NCBI GenBank assembly: GCA_035760665.1
Contig: DASTSN010000040.1
Location: forward strand, 82-64,081
Source of the DNA: Chitinophagaceae bacterium
GTDB lineage: Bacteria; Bacteroidota; Bacteroidia; Chitinophagales; Chitinophagaceae
Length of the DNA: 64,000 nucleotides
Direction: 5' to 3'
Under the pieces are notes generated by a model, which was given only the letters and a program-made list of their open reading frames with translations, did no database searches and was not told the DNA's origin. Below, piece after piece: positions 56,513-64,000 of this stretch (positions are counted from its first letter, which is position 1; every line of letters begins with the position of its first letter). Position numbers and translations under genes: made by a program.

Positions 56513-58723
56513 ATGGCTCAGCGATTTTTGTTTGCGTTACTGTTAGTGGCCGGTCAGTCAGCCGCCCAGGATGCCGATATGTTTAGTCCAGATTCTGTGA
56601 AAAAGCACATCAATGCTGTGCAGATCCAGGCCCGGCTTCACATAGATGGAAAGTTAGATGAGCAGGATTGGTCTTTTGCAAAACCGTCGCCCCCGTTTGT
56701 ACAGATAGAGCCCAGGCAGGGCATGCCGGCTACTTATGGCACCGATATAAAAGTGCTCTATAACCGGCAATTCCTGTACGTGGGCATTTTTGCGCATGAC
56801 CCCGGGGGTAAGAAAGCCATTAAAGCAACAGATTTTAAGAGGGACTTTAATTTTCGGCAGCACGATTATGTGGCACTGGCAATCGACGGATTTAATGATG
56901 GCCGGAATGCAATGAATTTTGCAGTAAACGCTTACGGGGTGCAGCGTGATTTACTGGCGTTTGACGATTTGTATTATGATGTGGATTGGGACGGCTTGTG
57001 GCAGGTAAGGACAACCCGAACCGACTCGGGCTGGTATGCAGAAATTGCAATACCCTGGCAAACCCTGCGGTATCCAAATTCCGCAGACAGTCTTCACCAC
57101 TGGGGATTTAATGCCGAACGTAACCGGCGGCTGAGTAATGAGCTTACTGCAATGTCTGCTTTCCCACGGGTATTTACCTCATTGCGCATGCAATATGCTG
57201 GCGTATTGAACCAATTGCAACCACCGCCACCCAAACCCAATATACGCCTGCAACCATATGTGTTGAGCTCATACGATCATTATCGCAATTTTGATCCATC
57301 CGTTACGCCGGAAAAAACAAGCCTGAAATTCGGCGGGGATTTAAAGTGGGCGATTAATCCCAATGCGGTTCTCGATCTCACGGCTAATACTGATTTTGCA
57401 CAGGCGGATGCCGACCGGCAGGTAAATAATGTGACAAGATTTTCCGTCTTTTTTCCGGAACGCAGGCAATTTTTCCTTGAAAATGCATCATTATTTGCGC
57501 CGGGCGTGGCCATGAGTGAAGATGCCTCAGGCGGATCTATGCGCATTCAGCCTTTTTTCAGCCGACGCATTGGCCTGGATGATTATGGCAACCCAATACC
57601 CATTGATGCAGGTGGCCGGTTTGTCTATCGTTCTTCAAAAGAAAATTTTGGAGTAATGGCTATGCGTCAGAGCGGAAATGACAGTGTGGAGGCTACTAAT
57701 TTTTTTGTGGGCCGGTACGCAAAAAACCTAGGACGGCAAAGTAGGATTGGCGGACTGGTAACGATCAAAAATTTGCATGGTGCTACCAATATTGTGACGG
57801 CAGTAGACGGGCTGGTACGACTTGGCACTTCTCATTCCATTAACACGATGGTAATGCAATCTGTCAACACTAATGGCAGGAAAAATGGATTAGCAGGGTA
57901 TGCACAATACTATTTCTCCATTAACCAACTGAAAATTTGGTGGACGCAGTCGGTGGTGACAAAAGATTTCGATCCGCAAATGGGCTTTGTATCCCGTAGT
58001 GATGTAATAGGTACCACTCCGGGCATTTTTGGATATTACCGGGGAAAATTCTTGCCCTTTAAAAAATTTTTAAGGGCACTGGAGCCGGGTTTGAGTCCTG
58101 AATTTTACCACCAGGCTTCCACAGGGAAGCTGATTGAACGAACGGTTAATTTCTATCCCATATGGTTCAATTTTCAAAGTGGAGCTTATCTGGGATATGG
58201 TATTGTGCCTACTTATCAACGGCTGACAGAAATTTTCGAGCCGCTGGATGTCACGATCTTACCCGGTAAGTATACTTACACGCAGCAACAAATATGGGCC
58301 AGCACCAACCCCTCGAAAATTGTGAATATGCAGGTGATCTATACCTGGGGGCATTATTTCAACGGGCGGTTGAATGCTGGCGACTGGCGCTTACAAATTG
58401 CACCGGTTCCCCAGTTCTCATTAATAGCCCGTTTTAACAGGAATCACTTTATGCAGGTAGGTGAACCAAAAACCAGTGCTATGATTGATCTGTATAGCCT
58501 CGAAGGACGTTTTGCCCTGAATCCACGGCTACAACTTATCGGGTTTTATCAGCAAAACTCGCAGAATAATTCAAAGAATTATAACATACGGTTATCCTGG
58601 GAATACAAACCGCTTTCGTATGTGTACCTGGTATATAACCGGAATGGTTTTAAAGATCCTCTCATCAAAAACCAGGTTGATGATCACCTGATTGGAAAGA
58701 TCAGTTACCTGCTGCAATTGTAA
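56513..58723 (+). CDS. DUF5916 domain protein with N-terminal CBM9-like carbohydrate-binding module
   Basis: 736 aa; signal peptide; N-terminal region (IDGKLDEQDW...) typical of DUF5916/CBM9 family proteins common in Bacteroidota. Confidence 0.6.
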   Translation: MAQRFLFALLLVAGQSAAQDADMFSPDSVKKHINAVQIQARLHIDGKLDEQDWSFAKPSPPFVQIEPRQGMPATYGTDIKVLYNRQFLYVGIFAHDPGGKKAIKATDFKRDFNFRQHDYVALAIDGFNDGRNAMNFAVNAYGVQRDLLAFDDLYYDVDWDGLWQVRTTRTDSGWYAEIAIPWQTLRYPNSADSLHHWGFNAERNRRLSNELTAMSAFPRVFTSLRMQYAGVLNQLQPPPPKPNIRLQPYVLSSYDHYRNFDPSVTPEKTSLKFGGDLKWAINPNAVLDLTANTDFAQADADRQVNNVTRFSVFFPERRQFFLENASLFAPGVAMSEDASGGSMRIQPFFSRRIGLDDYGNPIPIDAGGRFVYRSSKENFGVMAMRQSGNDSVEATNFFVGRYAKNLGRQSRIGGLVTIKNLHGATNIVTAVDGLVRLGTSHSINTMVMQSVNTNGRKNGLAGYAQYYFSINQLKIWWTQSVVTKDFDPQMGFVSRSDVIGTTPGIFGYYRGKFLPFKKFLRALEPGLSPEFYHQASTGKLIERTVNFYPIWFNFQSGAYLGYGIVPTYQRLTEIFEPLDVTILPGKYTYTQQQIWASTNPSKIVNMQVIYTWGHYFNGRLNAGDWRLQIAPVPQFSLIARFNRNHFMQVGEPKTSAMIDLYSLEGRFALNPRLQLIGFYQQNSQNNSKNYNIRLSWEYKPLSYVYLVYNRNGFKDPLIKNQVDDHLIGKISYLLQL

Positions 58724-58804
58724 ACCGGCTGGCGTTCCCATTAGATGTTCATCGCTAAATCTTAGTGCAGAAAGATCTGTACGGATGTGATATTTTTTCG
58801 GGTT

Positions 58805-59467
58805 TTACGATAGCGCCAGTGCGGCAAACCAATAATCATTATGTGTCAGCGTTTCGGTTACGGAAACCTGCAACCGGTCACTGAAAAGCGGGCAGTCAAG
58901 TACCAGTGTATGGAATTCGCCGTTTTCACCACATGGATCTACACCTATGCTTTCCAGTTCATTTACCAGTGCTGGGGTCAGGAGTTTGCCAATAAAACGT
59001 TCGCCCATTGTTGTATTGCAACTGACGATCATCGTTTCTATGCCTGCTTCGAGCATTTGCATCACCAGTTTGCGCCGGTCTTGTTTCCACAGTGGAAGAA
59101 CAGCGGTTAGCTCCGCATTGGCACATACTTTTTCCTCCCAGTCACGGTGAGGCTGCAGGTCAATATCACCGAAAATGGCATGCTCAAGCCCGTAGTTTGC
59201 TTTCAGGAGTTGAAGTGCTGCGGTAAAATTTTTTTCATAATCCTGCCATGAACTGGCTACCAGGTGAATGGGCAGGCCAGCGAGTGCGGCCTGCTTTTGT
59301 AAAATTGCAGCGGGTATGCCGTGAGAGCGGGAAATCTTTCCCTCTTCATTTAATACATTGAGTAAGGTAACCGGGGTATAGCCCATTTGCAGCGTTTGCA
59401 GCAGTGCAAAACAGCTGTCTTTACCACCACTCCAGGAGCAAAGCGATTTTTTCGTCATACCATTCAT
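58805..59467 (-). CDS. MJ0570/Dph6-related PP-loop ATP pyrophosphatase (diphthine-ammonia-ligase-like)
   Basis: 220 aa; SWSGGKDS PP-loop; EGGE/ENGEFHT C-terminal motif; starts 1 nt after rnhA stop. Confidence 0.75.
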   Translation of the reverse strand: MNGMTKKSLCSWSGGKDSCFALLQTLQMGYTPVTLLNVLNEEGKISRSHGIPAAILQKQAALAGLPIHLVASSWQDYEKNFTAALQLLKANYGLEHAIFGDIDLQPHRDWEEKVCANAELTAVLPLWKQDRRKLVMQMLEAGIETMIVSCNTTMGERFIGKLLTPALVNELESIGVDPCGENGEFHTLVLDCPLFSDRLQVSVTETLTHNDYWFAALALS

Positions 59468-59950
59468 TTATTGTTCAAAAAGGGTATCACCGTTTCCAGT
59501 ATAACCTTCATCGGGTAAAAGTTGACGGCTATCCGCCGCCGTTGTAGCCAGTTCGTCGCAGCGATTATTAAAAGGGTTGTCGGCATGCCCGCGTACCCAT
59601 ACAAACTGAATTTGGTGATCGCGGGCGAGCTGGTGATAACGGAGCCAGAGATCTTTATTTTTCTTACCGCCTTTAAAGTTGGTGGCGATCCACTTTTTCA
59701 GCCAGCCTTTTTGCACGGCATTTACCACATACTGGCTGTCGGAGTAAATGGTAATCTGCTGCCCTTTTTTCTTTACCGCTGCCAGTGCGGCAATAACAGC
59801 CATCAGTTCCATTCGGTTATTGGTGGTATGACTGTACCCCTGTGATAACTCTTTTCGATGCGTCCCACTCATCAGGATGACGCCATAGCCTCCCGGACCG
59901 GGATTGCCGCGGGCTGCACCATCAGTGTATATGGTTATTTCGTTTGACAT
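59468..59950 (-). CDS. rnhA: Ribonuclease HI
   Basis: Start at MSNEITIYTDGAARGNPGPGGYGVIL; DEDD catalytic residues (YTDGA, MELMAV, DSQYV, RGHADN). Confidence 0.9.
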   Translation of the reverse strand: MSNEITIYTDGAARGNPGPGGYGVILMSGTHRKELSQGYSHTTNNRMELMAVIAALAAVKKKGQQITIYSDSQYVVNAVQKGWLKKWIATNFKGGKKNKDLWLRYHQLARDHQIQFVWVRGHADNPFNNRCDELATTAADSRQLLPDEGYTGNGDTLFEQ

Positions 59951-60036
59951 ATTTTGTATTGATTGTGTATTACCGGGAATCCGGGTGTACACTTTTTTAC
60001 AGGAATGATGGGCTCACATATTTCATACAAGAAGGA

Positions 60037-61662
60037 TCATACCTGGAAAACACCCGTTTTTAACTCGCCGGTCTCCGGGTTATGGTTTGCTGCACTGATC
60101 CCTGCGGAAATAACCTGCCTTGTTTCCAGGGGATCAATGATTGCATCAACCCATAACCGTGCTGCTGCATAGTAAGGAGAGGTTTGCCGGTCGTATTTGT
60201 TTTTTATTGCTGATAACAATTGCTGTTCTTCCTCTTCGCTTAACGCCCTGCCTTTTGCCTTTTGAGAGGCAACTTCGATTTGTAGCAAAGTTTTGGCAGC
60301 AGAATCGCCGCTCATTACAGCAATTTTTGCGGTGGGCCATGCGTAAATAAACCGCGGATCGTAGGCCTTGCCACACATGGCATAATTACCGGCTCCAAAT
60401 GAATTACCGATGATCACTGTAATTTTTGGCACCACTGAATTGGCAACGGCATTAACCATTTTAGCACCATCTTTTATAATGCCGGCCTGTTCACTGCGGC
60501 TGCCAACCATAAAGCCCGTAACATCCTGCAGAAAAACCAACGGGATTTTTTTCTGGTTGCAGTTTAAAATGAACCGGGCTGCCTTGTCGGCGCTGTCATT
60601 GTAAATGACACCGCCCATCTGCATTTCGCCCCGTTTACTTTTCACCATTTTACGCTGGTTGGCAACAATGCCCACAGCCCAGCCGTCGATGCGTGCATAA
60701 CCGCACACAATGGTTTTGCCGTATTCTTCTTTAAACTGCTCAAAGGCAGAATGATCCACAATCCGTTCGATGATGTCGACAACGTCGTAAGGCTTGCCGT
60801 CACTGGGGAAAAGCCCATAAAGTTCGTCCGGATGTTTCAGGGGGGCTGCGGGAGTAATCCTGTCAAATCCTGCCGTTTCTTTTGCGCCCAGCATAGCCAT
60901 TATCCGCTTCACATGATCAAGACAGGCTTGCTCGGAATTGAATTTATAATCTGCAATGCCGGAAATGGCGGTGTGGGTAACGGCGCCGCCCAGGGTCTCA
61001 CTGTCCACATCTTCGCCAATGGCTGCTTTTACCAGGTAGGGGCCGGCGAGATAGATGGAACCATGGCCTTCCACCATCAATGTTTCATCACTCATAATCG
61101 GAAGGTAGGCGCCGCCTGCAACACAGGGGCCCATTACCGCGGCTATTTGTGGAATACCCATGGCACTCATACGGGCATTGTTGCGGAAAATCCGGCCGAA
61201 ATGTTCTTTATCCGGAAAAATTTCATCCTGCATGGGCAGGAATACGCCTGCACTGTCTACGAGATAAATAATGGGCAAATGGTTTTCCATCGCCAGTTCC
61301 TGCAGGCGCAGATTTTTTTTACCGGTAATGGGAAACCAGGCACCCGCCTTAACTGTTTGATCGTTGGCAACGATGATACATTGACGGCCACTGACATACC
61401 CCATACCGCCAACCGTTCCACCCGCGGGACAGCCGCCTTCTTCTTCATACATTTCATAGCCGGCAAAAGCACCAATTTCAATAAAGGGCTTGTCTTTATC
61501 AATAAGATAGGCAATGCGCTCCCGTGCAGTGAGTTTATTTTTTCCCCGTTGTTTCTCGATTGCTTTTTTGCCTCCGCCCAGATAAATTTTTTCGAGTAAC
61601 CTGTTCCTGTCACCCAGCATCAGTTTCATGACATCTTCGTACTTATTGAATTCAATATTCAT
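60037..61662 (-). CDS. Acyl-CoA carboxylase carboxyltransferase subunit (methylcrotonyl-/propionyl-CoA carboxylase beta-chain-like)
   Basis: 541 aa; two crotonase-fold CT halves; GGTVGGMGYVSGRQCIIVANDQTVKAGAW and AAVMGPCVAGGAYLP motifs. Confidence 0.85.
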   Translation of the reverse strand: MNIEFNKYEDVMKLMLGDRNRLLEKIYLGGGKKAIEKQRGKNKLTARERIAYLIDKDKPFIEIGAFAGYEMYEEEGGCPAGGTVGGMGYVSGRQCIIVANDQTVKAGAWFPITGKKNLRLQELAMENHLPIIYLVDSAGVFLPMQDEIFPDKEHFGRIFRNNARMSAMGIPQIAAVMGPCVAGGAYLPIMSDETLMVEGHGSIYLAGPYLVKAAIGEDVDSETLGGAVTHTAISGIADYKFNSEQACLDHVKRIMAMLGAKETAGFDRITPAAPLKHPDELYGLFPSDGKPYDVVDIIERIVDHSAFEQFKEEYGKTIVCGYARIDGWAVGIVANQRKMVKSKRGEMQMGGVIYNDSADKAARFILNCNQKKIPLVFLQDVTGFMVGSRSEQAGIIKDGAKMVNAVANSVVPKITVIIGNSFGAGNYAMCGKAYDPRFIYAWPTAKIAVMSGDSAAKTLLQIEVASQKAKGRALSEEEEQQLLSAIKNKYDRQTSPYYAAARLWVDAIIDPLETRQVISAGISAANHNPETGELKTGVFQV

Positions 61663-61859
61663 ACTTACGATTGTTAATCTAACAAAGATAGGGAAGCAGG
61701 GTGATGATAGCAGGAACCCTTTTCAGTAACTGCTGCAGCTCTTAGTGTCAATCTGTTTTCTTTTGTAAAAAACAGCATAGAATTTCATCGCATCCGGGTA
61801 TAATACACGTAAATTTATGCAGTTACTGTATTTAAGATTTTCAAATTTCATGAACGATT

Positions 61860-63593
61860 ATGCCAAACGATACTACACATGCCAATATTAATACGGGTGG
61901 CGTACAGCAAAACACATACGATGCAATTGTTATTGGTTCCGGGATCAGCGGGGGATGGGCCGCGAAAGAGCTTTGCGAAAAGGGTTTAAAAACACTTGTA
62001 CTGGAACGGGGTCGCAATGTTGAACACCTGAAAGACTATCCGACGGCAAACATGAATCCCTGGGACTTTCCCCACCGCGGTCAGATGCCGTACAAGTTTG
62101 TCGAGGAAAATCCCCTGATTACCGAAGCAGCTGGTTTTGATGAATCAACCGCTCATTTTTTTATAAAAGATAAAGATCATCCCTATGTGCAGGAAAAACC
62201 GTTTGAATGGATACGGGGATACCAGGTGGGTGGTAAATCGCTGATCTGGGGACGAGCCTGCCCGCGCTGGAGCAAGTATGAATTTATCAATCCTGCCAAA
62301 TTTGGTTATGGCATCGAGTGGCCCATCGGTTATGATGATGTGGCCCCCTGGTATTCGTACGTGGAAAGATTTGCAGGAATTTGCGGAAACCGGGACGGAC
62401 TGGAAGCCATGCCTGATGGTGAGTATCTGCCACCCTTTGATTTCAATTGCGTGGAGAAGGATATTAAAAAAAAGCTGAGTGCTGTATACAAAGACAGATT
62501 CATGATACAGGGACGCTGGGCACAATTAACCCAGCCTGCGGAAATACATATACAACAGGGACGGGGTCGCTGCCAGGCAAGAGATTTGTGTATGCGGGGC
62601 TGTCCCTATGGCGGGTATTTCAGTTCCAACTCTTCTACCTTGCCGTGGGCACAGAAAACAGGTAACCTCACTATCAGGCCTTTCTCCGTTGTGCATTCCA
62701 TCATTTATGATGTGAAAAAAGGCAGGGCTGCCGGTGTGCGGGTGATTGATGCCAATACGAAACAGGCTACGGAGTTTTTTGCCCGGATCATTTTCGTCAA
62801 TGCATCAGCGCTGAACAGTAATCTTATTTTATTGAATTCCACTTCGAACCGCTTTCCTGATGGATTTGGTAATGATAATGGTTTGTTGGGTAAATATGTA
62901 TGTTTTCAGAATTACCGCGGTTCGGTAAACGGGGATGTGGAAGGATACGAGGATAAATATTATTATGGACGCCGGACGGCAGAATGCATGATGGCCAACT
63001 TCCGAAACATTCATAAAAATGATATGGATTTTGTAGGAGGCTATATGGCTTTCATGGGCGCCTGGCGTGACCGTGGCGCCGGCGACACAGCCCCTGAACC
63101 TGTTGGCGCTTCGTTTAAAGAGGCCATGAGCGAAGCGGGCGGCTGGCACATGTATATGTACATGCAGGGAGAAACCGTGCCAAAAGAAACGAATTACGTG
63201 GCATTGAGCAAGACCGAAAAAGACCAGTGGGGCATTCCGCTCCTGGTTACGAATGTGGCGTATGATGATAATGATGAAAAGTTGCTGAAAGATTTCCTCA
63301 CTCAAGGAGCAGAAATGTTCGACCGTTGTGGCATAAAGAATATCCGGCAATATGATAACCACTGGGCGCCCGGCCGCGATATTCACGAAATGGGCGGGTG
63401 CCGGATGGGAAAAGATCCGAAAACATCACTGCTGAATAAATGGAACCAGTTTCATACTTGCCCGAATGTATTTGTGACAGACGGTGCCTGCATGACCAGC
63501 ACGGCCAATCAGAGTCCCTCTATTTTTTATATGACCTTAACAGCCCGGGCTGCCAATCACGCAGTGGAAGAATTAAAAAAAGGAAATTTGTGA
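61860..63593 (+). CDS. GMC family FAD-dependent oxidoreductase
   Basis: 577 aa; N-terminal FAD fold YDAIVIGSGISGGWAAKEL; C-terminal GMC catalytic His region (HEMGGCRMG). Confidence 0.85.
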   Translation: MPNDTTHANINTGGVQQNTYDAIVIGSGISGGWAAKELCEKGLKTLVLERGRNVEHLKDYPTANMNPWDFPHRGQMPYKFVEENPLITEAAGFDESTAHFFIKDKDHPYVQEKPFEWIRGYQVGGKSLIWGRACPRWSKYEFINPAKFGYGIEWPIGYDDVAPWYSYVERFAGICGNRDGLEAMPDGEYLPPFDFNCVEKDIKKKLSAVYKDRFMIQGRWAQLTQPAEIHIQQGRGRCQARDLCMRGCPYGGYFSSNSSTLPWAQKTGNLTIRPFSVVHSIIYDVKKGRAAGVRVIDANTKQATEFFARIIFVNASALNSNLILLNSTSNRFPDGFGNDNGLLGKYVCFQNYRGSVNGDVEGYEDKYYYGRRTAECMMANFRNIHKNDMDFVGGYMAFMGAWRDRGAGDTAPEPVGASFKEAMSEAGGWHMYMYMQGETVPKETNYVALSKTEKDQWGIPLLVTNVAYDDNDEKLLKDFLTQGAEMFDRCGIKNIRQYDNHWAPGRDIHEMGGCRMGKDPKTSLLNKWNQFHTCPNVFVTDGACMTSTANQSPSIFYMTLTARAANHAVEELKKGNL

Positions 63594-63673
63594 AAAGTGC
63601 GATAACAGGAAACACAAATAAAAATGCCCAACGAAAGTCGCCGGGCATTTTTATTTCAGCACGCTGATGACTA

Positions 63674-64000
<327 letters not shown>

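Overview
This 64-kb window is an ordinary chromosomal stretch from a member of the Bacteroidota. The phylum call rests on gene content: an OmpA protein with thrombospondin-type-3 repeats, DUF5916, DUF2911, a large PIG-L deacetylase, a fused DAHP-synthase/chorismate-mutase, and starts that closely abut or overlap the preceding gene with no visible Shine-Dalgarno spacing. GC content is mid-range (roughly 45-50% by eye). I could support no rRNA, tRNA, CRISPR array, IS element or prophage; the single tyrosine recombinase looks like housekeeping XerD. About 70 CDS are callable.

Main blocks, in order:
- 1-1533: an ECF sigma factor coupled to an anti-sigma-like membrane protein fused to a trypsin-like protease (runs off the window start). 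A tiny repeat lipoprotein is transcribed divergently.
- 2003-3655: a DEAD-box helicase.
- 3852-11590: an aromatic amino-acid supercluster (pheA, aminotransferase, tyrA, DAHP synthase/chorismate mutase, aroB, aroA, aroC, DUF952). Its 196-nt leader (3656-3851) encodes a 28-aa Phe/Tyr-rich peptide and carries alternative terminator and antiterminator hairpins, which is a classic ribosome-mediated attenuator.
- 11587-21520: an envelope cluster (VanX-like M15 dipeptidase, L,D-transpeptidase, RlpA-like protein, OmpA with thrombospondin repeats, PBP1A, and a 988-aa TPR protein).
- 21651-23634: a bactofilin locus followed by a membrane protein and an SprT-like metalloprotease.
- 24298-30621: acetyltransferase, DUF1572, gamma-glutamyltransferase, an M14 carboxypeptidase, and assorted outer-membrane barrels.
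- 31043-38561: flotillin, an 820-aa PIG-L deacetylase, two micro-ORFs (53 and 39 aa) of which the second is translationally coupled to an SSS symporter, and DUF2911.
- 38930-45885: Crp, a low-GC hexapeptide acetyltransferase beside xerD, and YkgJ, YraN, ManA and a standalone CCG Fe-S protein.
- 46067-52217: the most unusual block. Two diverged paralogous ATP-grasp-like proteins flank a tight cassette of Crp, DoxX, YceI, DinB_2-like, NRDE and LysE. This is a candidate uncharacterised redox or thiol-linked small-molecule ligase system.
- 52231-64000: stress and housekeeping genes. They include a convergent DinB paralog pair, a cupin, an APC permease, acetyltransferases, a VOC protein, DUF5916, a Dph6-like PP-loop ATPase abutting rnhA, an acyl-CoA carboxyltransferase, a GMC oxidoreductase, and partial ahcY at the window end.
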